Assembly (NCBI GenBank): GCA_951406725.2
Contig: OX597820.1
Span: 18,352,001-18,416,000 of the forward strand
Direction: 5' to 3'
Origin: Octopus vulgaris
Taxonomy: Eukaryota
Length of the DNA stretch: 64,000 nt
Each line of letters opens with the position of its first letter. The stretch's first letter is position 1. Made by a program: the position numbers and the translations under genes. Positions 42,604-57,023 of the stretch are shown here, piece by piece. The notes under the pieces were generated by a model that saw only the letters and a list, made by a program, of their open reading frames with translations, had not been told where the DNA came from and searched no databases.

Positions 42604-43682
42604 CATAAACACACACACACACACATATATATATTACACTTTAATTGAAATAAAGTTTCCCCAAAATTAAACACATTTAATATAATAAATGTGAATGTCT
42701 GTGTGTCAGTGTGTCACACATTTTCAACTTTGATAAATCCTTTCTACTGGAAGCACACACCCTCAAATTTTTGGGGAAGGGATTAAGTAGATTAGATCGA
42801 CCCCAGTATGCAACTGGTACTAATTTTATCGATTCCAAAGGATGAAAGGCAAAGTCAACCTCAGTGGAATTTGAACTCAAAACCTAATGGTAGATGAAAT
42901 ACCACTAAGCATTTCGCTCAGCATGCTAACTATTCCTTTCCTAGCATTTAAGTTCAATTCATCATCATCATCATCATCATCGTTTAACGTCTGTTCTCCA
43001 TGCTAGCATGGGTTGGACAGTTCGACCGGGGATCTGGGAAGCCAGGAGGCTGCACCAGGCCCAGTCTGATCTGGCAGTGTTTCTACAGCTGGATGACCTT
43101 CCTAACGCCAACCACTCCGTGAGTGTAGTGGGTGCTTTTTACGTGCCACCTGCACATTAGAAAAAGAAAAATTTTTTTTTTAACTAAATGAAGTGGAGGG
43201 GAAATAGATTGCTAAAAGAAAGAAGCAAGGTGCCTTCATGGTCGATGGATTCAAGAAGCCCTCGATGTGGCCAGGTGGAAAATGGTGTACTGCAAGGAAT
43301 TATTCTGCTTCGTGTTTTAATACAGGGTCATTCAAAAGTCGCCATACATAAGAACAATATATTTTTATATACTCTTTTACTTGTTTCTTTCAGTCATTTG
43401 ACTGTGGCCATGCTGGAGCAACGCCTTTAGACGAGCAAATTGACCCAAGGACTTATTCTTTGTAAGCTTACTACTTATTATATCGGTCTTTTTTGCCGAA
43501 TCGTATGTGTTTAATGCGATTCTTCTTCAAAATGCATTGACATACTGAATATCTTTTTTTCCCCAAAACCCTTTCAACTGTAATTATTTCACAACTTCTC
43601 ATGTGGATATTATTTCCTCAAATCAGATTTCAAGTGGCCTTTGTATTTTAATTTCCGTTTCTAAGGAGACCTTTTCCTTGAG

Positions 43683-44367
43683 CAGGCCTGACCAATTCGA
43701 ATTACATTGTGGGCCACTTTAATTGCAGAAAGGTTTTTGAGGGCCACTTGTATGCTGACAGAATTGAAAGCATTTTGCTTTCTCATGCTGTTATTACAAT
43801 AATAAATGAATGATCATTGATACAACATAGTGAAGGTGCATGGCTCAGTGGTTAGAGTGTCGAGCTTACGATCGTGAGGTTGTGAGTTCGATTCCTGGAC
43901 CGGGCTGTATGTTGTGTTCTTGAGCAAGACACTTTATTTCACATTGCTCCAGTTCACTCAGCTGTAGAAATGAGTTGCGACATCACTGGTATGCCAAACT
44001 GTATTGGCGTTTCTCTTGGATAACATCAATGGTATGGAGAGGGGAGGCTGATATGCATAGGCAACTACTGGTGTTCCATAAACAACCTTGCCTGGACTTG
44101 TGCCTGGGAAGGTAACTTTCTAGGTGCAATCCTATGGTAAGTCATGATTGAAGGGGATCTCAGTGGTCAGCAGATACAACATGAAATATTATCGTTGCAA
44201 AAACAGTAGTATCTTTCTTTCTTACTTTTCATTACACTCTTTAATTTTTGATAAAATTTAGAAAATGGTTGTATAAATAAAGCCATTTCAAGAAAGCATC
44301 AAGTGGGCCACAAGATAAAAGTCTGCGGGCCACATGCAGCCCATGGGCCTCAGGTTGGCCAGCCCTG
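43683..44367. mobile_element. hAT (Charlie-like) non-autonomous element containing a tRNA-headed SINE (~43834-44160)
   Basis: Ends caggcctgaccaa / ttggccagccctg; degenerate 8-bp TSD tccttgag/tcctagaa; repeated gggccac subterminal motifs. Confidence 0.7.
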
Positions 44368-45426
44368 TCCTAGAACATAGTTCTCCATAGTTAGATATTT
44401 TGGAATTTATTCACCATGGCTCAAGTTTCATGTCACTCTGATCTTCAGACAGGCCAGACACCTTTTCGGTCACCAACCCTTTTAATTGTCATTTACAACA
44501 TATCAGGAATGCAGTGTATTTATTCTAAAACTGAGATAAATAATATATATGTATGTGTGTATGTGTGTATATATATACATATACATATATACATATATAT
44601 ATATATATACGTATATATATATATAAACATATATATATGTATATATACATACATAAAAAAATATTTAAAAAATTAAAAAAATATACTTATATATATATAT
44701 ATATATATATATACATACATATATATATATATATACACTTCTATATACATACAGGTTTATGCAAAAAGGGAACAGCTGTTTTTTTTTCAAATATTACATT
44801 TTTTTTGTTTTTATGAGGATATTTCATCTTTTTATGTCTGATTTGGAACCATAACATTCCTAAATCCATTAACTCGACATTTTAAGACTTTCACCATCTC
44901 ATTTTTCAAAATAATCCGTTGTAATAGCATGTTCTTCACATGTTTTGTAAAACTGCAAATGATCTTGGGAATAATTTTATAACAGATATAATCATCAACG
45001 TCTATTTTAAAATTATATAATAATAAATACCTGTAGATTTCACAATATATATTCTTATGTGTAACATATCTGTGTGTTAAATTCAGGTTTGTATTTTGCT
45101 ATTAGTAAAGGATCTTTGGTTATTTTTTTTTTTGTTTTCTTGTTTATGTTTTTGAGTAGAATTCTATATAAAATTTTAATATTGTCAACGTGTGGTTTTC
45201 TATGTGATTTTTATTTTGTGTATTACTTTATAATGAGTTGCAACGGCATCTTGTTGTGAAATATATTGTCAACTATTATAAAAATGAGATTGTGAAAGTC
45301 TTGAAACGTCAGACTAATGGATTTAAGAACCGTTATTGCTCCAAACCAAACATAAACTACAAATAAGGAAATATGAAAATTCCTTAATAAAAAGGATCTT
45401 GAACATTCTCATGTTTTTAAAAATAA

Positions 45427-45547
<121 letters not shown>

Positions 45548-45602
45548 TTTATATATATATAGTATATAGGTATATATATATATATAGTATATGTTATGTG
45601 TT

Positions 45603-45634
<32 letters not shown>

Positions 45635-45974
45635 GTGTGTGTGTTGTGTGTTGTGTGTGTGCGTGTGTGTGCACACATACTCACACACACACACATACAC
45701 GTGTATGTATAAAAAAGTAAAGTGTAAAATGTATATATATATATATATATATATATAAGCAATAATAAATCTCTGAACGAGGTATAAACAGTAGCTGCAC
45801 GACAATGTGAAGTATATTTGCCACTTAAATGTGGCTAACCACTAAGGGTGGATGCTACTGTAGCTTGTAGCCCCAGGAGAACATCTTCTCCAGCTGGCTA
45901 TTGACACACTTTCTGTGCCCTGTCAGTATTTGCAAAGGGAAGCCATCCTTCCCATCATCGACCTGACGTGATAC

Positions 45975-46017
45975 GCACAGACCCGGGTTCCTGGGTATTT
46001 ACCCATCATCAGCGCAC
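45975..46017 (-). ncRNA. Type I hammerhead, one core substitution
   Basis: gtgcg-CTGATGA-tgggt aaat accca-GGAA(for GAAA)-cccggg-TC-tgtgc. Confidence 0.65.
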
Positions 46018-46075
46018 GACAATTACTGGTCTACAATGCGAAGGGGTCCCAATGCAAATACATATATCCGTCACT

Positions 46076-46110
<35 letters not shown>

Positions 46111-46327
46111 TTGTGTGTGTGTGTTTGTCCCCCGCACCATCGCTTGACAACTGATGTTGGTGTGATAACATCCCCGTTACTTAATGGTTCGGCAAAAGAG
46201 ATTGATAAAGTAAGTACTAGGCTTACAAAAACAAGTCCCGGGGTCAATTTGTTCGACTAAAGGTGGTGCTCCAGCATGGCCACAATCAAATGACTGAAAC
46301 AAGTAATAGAATAAAAGAATATACACA

Positions 46328-46424
<97 letters not shown>

Positions 46425-46426
46425 CA

Positions 46427-46647
46427 AAGTAATTAAGGGTTTAGCAACGATTTGCCTCACCACACACCGAATTTAGAAATAGCAGTCAAAGAGTTTTGAC
46501 TGCTATTTCTAAATTCGGTGTGTGGTGAGGCAAATCGTTGCTAAACCCTTAATTACTTAGTATTACTTAAACCTTCCTTGAATGGGGCTTTTACATGCCG
46601 AAATCTACTTGGTGAAATTAATGATTATTCCAAATTAATTAATTTCG

Positions 46648-46650
<3 letters not shown>
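46427..46650 (+). mobile_element. TA-embedded element 3' fragment with perfect 64-bp foldback
   Basis: Arms 46427-46490/46495-46558 are a perfect match; tail cttttacatgccga..cttggtgaaatt..aattaatttcgccc(TA)n is homologous to 1274-1375. Confidence 0.85.
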
Positions 46651-46700
<50 letters not shown>

Positions 46701-46701
46701 C

Positions 46702-46744
<43 letters not shown>

Positions 46745-47159
46745 CATATATATATACATACACACCACATGCACAAACACATGCATCCAAATGTGCACAT
46801 AGGTGCCAAACAAGATGAAGAAAATAGTTCTTGAATATCAAAGCTAGAGTAAAATATTCTTTTGAAACTGAAAAACTTTCCAAATTGCTACTCAGAGTTA
46901 CATGTGTGTGTGTGTGTGCGTGTGCGCGCACTTGCATTTATGTGTGTGTCGGTGTGTGTGTGTGTGTGTCGGTGTGTGTGTGTGTGTCGGTGCATGTGTA
47001 CATGTGTGTGTGTGCACACATGCATGCCTGTCTGTATATATACATATTCATAAAACAATGAGGAAGATGATGATCACGTATGTAAAATTCACACACATAC
47101 ACATGCACACACACACACACACACACACAAGCTCTGTACACAGCAATTTCTTTCATATT

Positions 47160-47204
<45 letters not shown>

Positions 47205-47233
47205 GCCACAGCTCCCAAGCTGAAACTAGTAAA

Positions 47234-47272
<39 letters not shown>

Positions 47273-47838
47273 CTTTACTAGTTTTTACTTTACAAATGTA
47301 TCATGAAGATGATGAAGAGGAGAAAGGATTTACCCCCCTCCCCCACTGACCTTTTTAGCCGCTCCAAATCAACTAAGGTCAATTTGGTTGGTATTTAGTA
47401 TTTAGTTTGAACTTCTGTAGGTTACGTGTCTGTTAAGAAAGATGCAGGCAGGGGCGAAATTCTAACAAGTTGCTGGTTTGGGTGGGTAGTGGCTGGTCAT
47501 AAAAAATTTTAAAATGTTTCATGCATGATTTATTAAGGTATTAGGATGGGGTGATGTAAGATTGAGTGGCGAGATACTTAAGAGAAACCCATAGCTTGCA
47601 TGTCTTAAGAAACGGAGACCATCGTAATAGCACCAGAAAAGGAAGAGAGGAGAAACAGCACAACTATAAGCCAAGGATTGTGATTAGGTCTGACTGAATT
47701 TTCTTCCTATGAACTTGATGGTCATTTTTTTTTTTCAGATGTAGTTTTTGGTCAATGCTATTTTGACCATTCTGATACCAGCTGAGTCCACTGTGGTTGG
47801 TTCTGTGTTATAGACTTCCTGTTTTAAAGTGATGTAAA

Positions 47839-48226
47839 TTAACCCTTTAGAATTTCAACTGGCCATATCTGGCCAGAATAATCTGCCTTTTTTTTTAATG
47901 TTCAGACTGGCCAGATCCAGCCTCTCTAACCTACCCTACAATGTCATTCTGTGATCATCGAAATATCAAAGCTTTGAGACAATGCATGATTAATTCAAAA
48001 CAATGTGAATAAATAAGCATTGCATTTGACACAACAATCTGAATGCTAAAGAGTTATGATTTAAACTGGCCAGATCCAGCCTCTCACACCTACCCTACAA
48101 TGTCATTCTGAAAATAAATAATCACATCCTTGAAATATCAAAGCTATGACATAAAGCCTGATTAATTCAAAACAACGTGAATAAATATTACATTTAAAAG
48201 AATAATTTGAACGCTAAAGGGCTTAA
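47839..48226. mobile_element. piggyBac-like MITE with partial tandem duplicate
   Basis: ttaaccctttag...gctaaagagtta; second copy 48061-48226 ends gctaaagggcttaa. Confidence 0.6.
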
Positions 48227-48599
48227 AACTTCCATGAAAATGTCATGCTAATTTATGTTCTAAACACGAGTTTAACAGTGACATAATTATTTTTTAAATT
48301 CTTCAGTTTTTGCAAAATTCATTGAAACAAAGACTGTTGAATATACTATTGTCACAAAAGGGAGAAGTTATTCTCCTAAGACACTTATTACAACATCCAG
48401 CATATTTTGGGTCCAAACCTGCCTAGATGTGTTAATAATAAATAGACAAATATTCTTTCCAGATCTCATTGTGGATTGTAATATCAAGGATTTTTTTTTT
48501 TTATCAGTTGGCAGATGTTAGCACTGATCAGCAAATAATTCATTCACTGAAAACATAAACAAATCCAGCAGCTTTGGTTTATCTAGGAGTTCTAGCTAT

Positions 48600-48644
48600 T
48601 TCCGGCTGATGAATACAATATGTCAAAACACTAGTGTCCCAGAA
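48600..48644 (+). ncRNA. Degenerate type I hammerhead
   Basis: ttccgg-CTGATGA-atacaatatgtc-AAAA(for GAAA)-cactagtg-TC-ccagaa; palindromic ACACTAGTGT stem III. Confidence 0.6.
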
Positions 48645-48663
48645 TGTCATGTATACTGAGATG

Positions 48664-48934
48664 CATCATCATCATCATCATCATCGTTTAACGTCCATTC
48701 TCCATGCTAGCATGGGTTGGACGGTTCGACCGGGGATCTGGGAAGCCAGAAGGCTGCACCAGGCTCCGGTCTTATCTGGCAATGTTTCTACAGCTGGATG
48801 CCCTTCCTAACGCCAACCACTCCGTGAGTGTAGTGGGTGCTTTTTACGTGCCACCTTCACTGGTGCCAGGCGAGGCTGGCATCGACCACGGTCGGATTGG
48901 TACATTTTACGTGCCACCTGCACGGAAGCCAGTC
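48664..48934 (-). mobile_element. SINE family C
   Basis: Near-consensus reverse complement; further copies at ~42960-43155, 59108-59215, 60776-61055 and 61226-61407. Confidence 0.85.
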
Positions 48935-49319
48935 AAGGGAGAAGTTATTCCTGAGACACATACTACAACACCTAGCATATTTTGTGTCCAAATCTGCCGA
49001 GATATATTAAGAATAATTAGACAAATATTCTTTCCAGATTTCCTTGTGGACTGAGATCTCCATTTCCAGCGACTTCGAGGGCCACCTCCCAGTGGTGTCA
49101 GGTGTCAACGAAGAGCCCTCGACTACAACAAGACGACCAAAGTTTATTTTCCAAGGTCTGGAGTCTCCCGCCCCTAAGCCCTAGACCATCACCTAATCAC
49201 CCTTACCCGTCTTGTTGCTTAACAACAACAACAACAACAGCACCAACAGCAATAGTAGCTGCAGCAGCAGCAACAACAGTAACAGAGTAATCCAATGAAC
49301 AGAGGACAAGTTCTTTGGC

Positions 49320-49356
49320 TCCTTTCTTTCTTTCTTTCTTTCTTTCCTTCTTTCCT

Positions 49357-49390
<34 letters not shown>

Positions 49391-50470
49391 TTTCTTTCTT
49401 GCCTTTCTTTCTTGCCTTTCTTTCTTTCTTTCTTTCCTTCTTTCTTTCTTTCTTTCTTTCTTTCCTTCTTTCTTTCTTTCCTTCTTTCCTTCTTTCTTTC
49501 TTTCTTCCTTCCTTCCTTCCTTCCTTCTTTCTTTCTTTCTTTCTTGCAGTAAAACGACATTTTATACCACAATTGTTGATTAATTCTTCTTCTTCCAGAC
49601 TTAAAAATGTTTGCTCTCTTTTAGATTCCCCCTCCCCCTCTCTATCTTTCTTACTCTCTGTCTCTCTTTCTCTCTCTCTCTCTTCCACATTCTCCCTCTC
49701 CTCTTTCTCTCTCTGTTACTGTTTGTCTTCCTCTCTCTCTCTTTTTTGCTTTTTTTCTCTCTTTCTGTCTGTCTGTCTCTCTCTCTCTCCTCCTTTCTTT
49801 CAGTTACTCTCTGTTTCTCTTTCTCTCTTTTTCTCTTCCTCTCTCACTCTGTTACTCTTTCTCATGCTGTCTCTCTCTTTCTCTGTTACTTTCTTCTTCT
49901 CTCTTCTTCTCTCTTCTCTCTCCCTTCCTCTTTCCCTCTCTCTCCTTTCTTTCATTTCCCCATCTCTCTCTCTATCTCTCACTGTCGCTCTCTTTCTCTG
50001 TTACTGTCTGTTTCTGTCACTTTCTTTTGTTCGCACTCTCTTTCCCTCCCTCACTCTCTCTCACTGTCTCTCTCCCTTCCTTTGTTATTCTCTCCCCCTC
50101 TTCTTCTCTCTCTCCTTCTCTCTTCTACTTCTCTCTCTTCACCTTCTCTCTCCCTCTCTCTTCTTTCTCCATTCCTCTTTCCCTCTCTCTCCTTTCTTTT
50201 TCCTTCTCTCTCTCTCTCTACCACTGTCTCTCTCTCTCTCTCTCTGTTACTATTACTGTCTCTCTATTTTTCTCACTTTCATTCTCACTCTTTCTCTCAC
50301 TCACTCTGTTATTCTCCCCTCTCTCTCACTATCTCTCTCTCCTTTTCTCTGCTACTCTCCTCCCTCTCTCTCATTATTTCTCTCTCCCTTTCTCTGCTAC
50401 TCTCCCCCTCTCCTTCTCTCTCTTCTCATCTCTCTCCCCCCTTCCCCCCACCTCACTCCCATTACATTTT
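49320..50470. repeat. (CTTT)n and CT-rich polypyrimidine tract
   Basis: Direct inspection; explains the long F/L/S ORFs. Confidence 0.9.
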
Positions 50471-50785
50471 TCTTTTCTTATTCTTAAATCTTCAATGTCA
50501 CTTGTTATCAAATTTTTAGGTGCTAAAATACCATTTCTTATTCATTACTCCATTATCAATGTTATTCTTGCTACTGTTTGCAGTTGTAGTTATGGCCATT
50601 GTTGCAATTTCTATTGTTGTTCTTGCACTTGTTGCTGCTGCTGCTGCTGCTGCTGTTGTTGTTGCTGCTGCCACTGCCACTGCTGCTTCCCTTCGCGTAG
50701 TTGTCTTCATCCTTTTTGTTGACTCATATTCTTTTACCAGAAGAAACTTACAATTATCTTTGTACAAGAATATTATACTAATGTA

Positions 50786-50797
50786 AGTGTGTGTGTG

Positions 50798-50881
<84 letters not shown>

Positions 50882-51053
50882 CATATATACATATATATAT
50901 ATGTATATATGTATGTATATATATGTATATATATGTATGTATATATATGTCTCTGTGTCTATGCATAGGCATATGTTTCTCTATGCATATACTTAAATAT
51001 ATATACATACATATATACATATATATATATGTATATATGTATGTATATATATG

Positions 51054-51086
<33 letters not shown>

Positions 51087-52195
51087 ATGTATGTATGTAT
51101 GCATAAAAATATGTATGTAAGTGTGCATATATATGTAGACATGTGCACACATACTCACATACATGCATGCACACACACACATACATATACACACATAAAA
51201 TAACAGTGTATGTATGCATTTATACATATATATGCACACACATGCATTTATATACACATATACATACGCATACACACATACATGTATGCATGCATACAAA
51301 CACATACATAGACATATGCATACATATATATAGGCATACATACATGTATACATGCATACAAACATACATACACACATACATGAATATACACATATATGTA
51401 TACATGCATACAAACATACATACTCACATACATACATTCACTTACACACATGTGTATACATGCATACAAACATACATACATAAATAATACATACATACAT
51501 ATACATATATGAGTATACATGCATGCAAACATACATACTCACATATATGCATACATACATACACATACAAACATACAAGCACACATACATACACACATTG
51601 ATGTATACATGCATGCAAACATACATACACATGCACATACACACATACACATACACACACACATACGCATACACACATACATATGTGTATACATGCATAC
51701 AAGCATACATACACACATACATACAAACATACATACAACACATACATACACACACATACATGCATATATGCATACACACATACATAAATACATATACACA
51801 TACTTACATACATACATACACATACACATTCATACATACATACACACATACATACAAAAACACACATGCAAACATAGATACACAAATACACACACAAACA
51901 CATACATAGACACATACATACATACAAAAACACACATGCATACATAGATACACAAATACACACACAAACACATACATAGACACACATGCATACATACATA
52001 CGCATACACATACATACATACGCACACATACATACACACACATACACACATATACATACATACACACATATACATACATACATACATACATACATACACA
52101 CATACATACATACACACATACACACATACATGCACATACATACACATACATACACGCATACATACATGCTCACAGACACACACACACACACACAG
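50786..52195. repeat. (TA)n/(CA)n/(CATA)n low-complexity tract
   Basis: Direct inspection. Confidence 0.9.
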
Positions 52196-52891
52196 AAAGG
52201 CAAATTACAAATGAATTGTCAATGCAAAGACACACATCTAGCAATGGTAAAATGGTAATGCCTGTAACCAGATTCCTTCAGAGCTTACACATTACAAAGA
52301 AGAAATTACTCAGCAAAAATGAAGCAACCAAGAAAAGAGCACCAGCAAGACATATCTGTAGAATTATTGGTTTGCCAATATCTTTGGTAGATTAGATTTT
52401 CTCACCGCATTTTCTGGTTTGCAAATCACAATTGGATCAAGGCTTGGAACGCAACAGTGGGCAATTCGAAAAACTGCAAACAATAAAATAACATTTGCTG
52501 AAATAAAATAGTTCTAAAATTAATCACTACGTTCGCATCATTGTATTTAACGATTGAAAAGGGGAGGAAAAGGAGAAAAGGGAAAAAGGGAAAAAGGGGG
52601 GAAAGACGGAGAGAAGGAAATTGAGAAGAAGAAGAAGAAGAAGAAGAAGAAGAAGAAACAGAAACGACAACATAAAAAACTAAAATAAATAAACTACAAA
52701 AAAAAAAGGGGACAGCATCGAAGAAAGACTGGAGTGAGGTGGTGGGGAGATGGGGAGGGAGGGAGGGTCTGTGCATGGAAAAGGAGGTGGAGGAAGAGGA
52801 GGAGGAGTGTGAAGAAGGAGGGAAAGAAATTGAAAGGGTAAAAGCAGAAATAGTTATCCACATGATCTCTCTCTCTCTTTTTCTCTTTATG

Positions 52892-52933
<42 letters not shown>

Positions 52934-53072
52934 TGAGTATGCATTATATATATATATGTATTTCTATATGCATGTATATGTATGTACATATATATACATG
53001 TATATATATATATACATATGTGTGTGTGTGTGTGTGTGTGTATACATATATATATATGCATATATATATATA

Positions 53073-53125
<53 letters not shown>

Positions 53126-53162
53126 AGGTATTTATATATATGTTTATATTTATTATATATAT

Positions 53163-53218
<56 letters not shown>

Positions 53219-54263
53219 GAAGAGGAGGATAGAGAAGGTAAGATGTAATAATGAGAGGGTGACTGAAAAGGAGGAGAAAAAGAAAGAATGGTGTTTAGGA
53301 AAACCAGGAAAATATGGGAGAAAAAAAAGAAGGATAGCCGGAGTGTGTAAAAAAAAAGGGGAGAAGAAAGGAAGAGAGAGAAAAGTAGCAAGAAGGTGTA
53401 TGCTGAGGAGGAGAAGGAATAGGAGGAGAAAGAAAGGAGAGAAGAGCAGGTGAAAAACATAAAAAACAAAAAACCAGAAAAGTTATAACAAGGAATGAGG
53501 GAAAAAGTAATAAAGAATGAAACATTAAAAATAATGGAAAAAAATATAAATGAATGAATGAATGAATGAATGAATGAAACAATACAAAAAGACTAAAAGG
53601 AAAGAAAAACGAAAGTGAAAGGACAAATGCAATGTACATATAGCAAAGTTATCTTATGTTTTTTTATAAGCAGGTACCCTTGGAGGGATCCAAATGTCTT
53701 GAGCTAAATGGATTCTCTGGGAGTCATAGCAAGAATACAAATTGACTATTGAAGATTAAAGAATAAAAATAAAAATAGAAATATAAAAACATTAAAAAAA
53801 ATAAGGGGGTGGTGCGGAGGGAGTGAAAGGGATATATAGAATGTAGGGATAAAAAAAATGCATGAATTTATTTATTTATTCAGAGGCAGGAATGGAACAT
53901 AAGGGGCCGACATTTACATGGTGGAATATTTTTTTAACAATGAATATACAATGCTGACTGCATCCGTGCTAAGCTGCAGGTGAAAAAAAGAGGATGGTTT
54001 TTCAAAGAATTGTGACTTTTTGAAGAACTGTGTCAATGAAATGAGGATAGATATGCAACCACAGAGTAAATGTATGAAAAAAAATATATATATATCAGGT
54101 GTGGGTGTGTAGTAAGAAGCTTCCTTCTCAACCACAAGGTTCTGGGTTCAATCCCACTCTACGGCACCTTAGCCAGGTGTCTTCTATAGCCTGGGGCCAG
54201 CCAAAATCTTGTGAGTGGATTTGGTAGACGGAAACTGAAAGAAGCCTGTCACATATATATATA

Positions 54264-54316
<53 letters not shown>

Positions 54317-54507
54317 TTATGTATGTATGTATATATATATATATATATATGCATGTATGTATGTATATATATATATATAAATAAAAACTTACTTGGAGAA
54401 GCGAAACGAAGAGAAACGACGCGTGCGTTCGGTCATATAATAACAATATAATAAATAAATAAAATATATGCATATATACATACATATATGTACATACTTA
54501 CATCTAC

Positions 54508-54552
<45 letters not shown>

Positions 54553-55261
54553 TACAGGACACCACAAATAAACGTAGAACACAACGAGAAACGAAAACAA
54601 AATCAAACAAGGAAACAGACTTTTTTTAACAACATAAAAACAGAGTACAGGACAAACAATACAAGGAAAATTCCCCTTCATCAGCTGTCCCTGGTTCGGC
54701 TCAATGTGTGTTTCGAAGGTAAGGACAGAACACGGCCAGGCCGAAGCAGTCCTTCCTGCAAAAGGAATTAAATAAAATTCTTTTGCAGAGGGGTAAAACA
54801 AGTGACAAGAACAGGACGTAAAAGCAATACAAATGAAGAAAAGACAGTAGAAAAAACAGTACAAATAAGGAATAACAGGACAGGAAACCAACAAAAAGGG
54901 CTTTTTTTAGGCCTAGACGGTGGAAAAATTAGTTAGAACGCATGTGAAAAATCGGCTTGCGGAAGACAGGGAAGTCGGTCTATGCTTGTGGAAGGCACGG
55001 AGCTGAAAGAAAGTTTTTAGTAGCGCTCTGGTCAACGAACCAGAGAGGAGGAGGAGAGAGAGAGAGAGAGGGGGGAAAGAAACCAGAAAGGGTGAAAAAT
55101 AAGAAGGAGAGAGACAAGTAGAGAGGAAGACAGACAGGCAGGGAGGAAAGCTGAAGTAAAGAGTAAGAGTGTACGTCAGGATTATTCAGGGTAATATAGA
55201 TTTTAGAAATTTTTACTACCAGTGGCCTAGCGTGTAGAAAAATTAGTCAATAGACTATATA

Positions 55262-55461
55262 TGTACATTTAAACACACTAAGAGGTATCCATCATGGGAC
55301 TCCCTTATGCTAGAAGAAACAGCTAAAGTCCAATCCACTAATTTTTCATTTTTATCATTCCCTTCAAGATTTTATCCCTAATTAGTGATTTGGACTTTAG
55401 CTGTTCCTTCTAGCGTAAGGGAGTCTTATGATGGATACCTCTTAATGTGTTTAAATGTACA
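55262..55461. repeat. ~82-bp-arm inverted repeat next to (TA)n
   Basis: Arms 55262-55343/55380-55461. Confidence 0.8.
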
Positions 55462-55910
55462 CTATATTTTATATATATATATATATGTATGTATATGTAT
55501 GTGTGTGTGGATTGCTACCTGTGTTTGTCTCCCACCATCACTTAACAACTGATGTTGGTGTGTTTACATTCCTGTAACTTAGCAGTTCGGCCAAAGGAGA
55601 CTGATAGAATAAGTACTACACTTATGAAGAATAAGTCCTGGAGTTGATTTCTTGACTTAAAAACCCTTTACTGTGGTACTCCAGCATGGCCACAGTCAAA
55701 TGACTGAAGCAAGTAAAAGAATATAAGAATGAAATAAATGACCCGAAATTTTCAGGAGCAGGGTAAATCAATTATATAATAATAATAATAATAATAATAA
55801 TGAATTTGCATGTGTAATCTGGGAATGCATGCAATGCCCTTCTCTGCCCTAGGTGTATGGAAAACACTCGGTGAGAAGCGGAAGAAAATTTGAAGAAAGA
55901 AGGAAAAAAC

Positions 55911-55959
<49 letters not shown>

Positions 55960-55977
55960 TAATAATAATAATAATAA

Positions 55978-56008
<31 letters not shown>

Positions 56009-57023
56009 AAGAAGAAGAAGAAGAAAGGCTTTTGATAGTATTCCCTGCACATGGATACTAGAAACACTAGCCATGAACAAAGTAGCACCAATAACCATAA
56101 AATATATATTTCTTTAACCATAAAATATATAACACATTCCATGAATGAAAGGCATACAGTGCTACAGCTCCAAACAAAAGATGGACTCATAAAAACAGAA
56201 GCTATCCCCATTAGAAGAGGAATATTCCAAGGAGACACGCTCTCTCCACTCCTTTTCTGCTTGGCACTGACACCTTTGACATGCTAGTAGAACTGGATGC
56301 AGATACAACTGTTACGGCAAAACAATCAGCCACCTCTTATATATGGATGACCTAAAACTGTATGCTACAAATGGTAAACAGCTGGAAACATTACTACAGA
56401 CACTACAAGGATTTACCAAAGAAATATACATGAAATTTGGCTTAGAAAAATGTACTAAAGCAACCTTGAAAAGAGGAAAACTAGTTAAGAGTAGCAACAT
56501 CACACTAGATAAAGCAAATTAAATAAGAGAATTAGACCAAAGCCAGACATGCAAATATTTAAGAACCAATGAACTAGATATGATACAACACACATAAATG
56601 AAGGAGAAAATAAAAAAAGAATACTATAGATGAGTTAGATCAATACTAAAAACAGAGCTCAATGCTAAAAACAAGATAATAGGTATTAACACTTTAGCTG
56701 TCCCAGTTATAAGTTACAGCTACAATATCCTTAACTGGACACTAAATGAACTAATCAAAATAGACAGGAAAACAAGAAAAATAATGACAGGATCTAGGAT
56801 GCACCACCCAAAATCTGACATAGAAAGATTATATATACAACATATAGAAGGTGGTAGAAGTCTTATAGAGCTAGAAAACTATTACAAAATAACTACCATA
56901 GGGCTACAAAATTGCCTCCTTCAGAAGCAATGAAAACTAATACAAATAGCCACAAAACACGAACAAAGCAAAAAATTGTTTTCAGTCTTTAAGGAAGTTG
57001 ACAAATACAAACAAGAAGTCATA

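Noticed and set aside
47207-47290. agct ccca agct-GAAA-ctag-TA and its inverted echo
   Set aside because: Only the 3' half of a hammerhead with no core upstream; not counted
49315-50722. Long ORFs of 231-390 aa
   Set aside because: CT-rich low-complexity DNA lacking stop codons; no domain content
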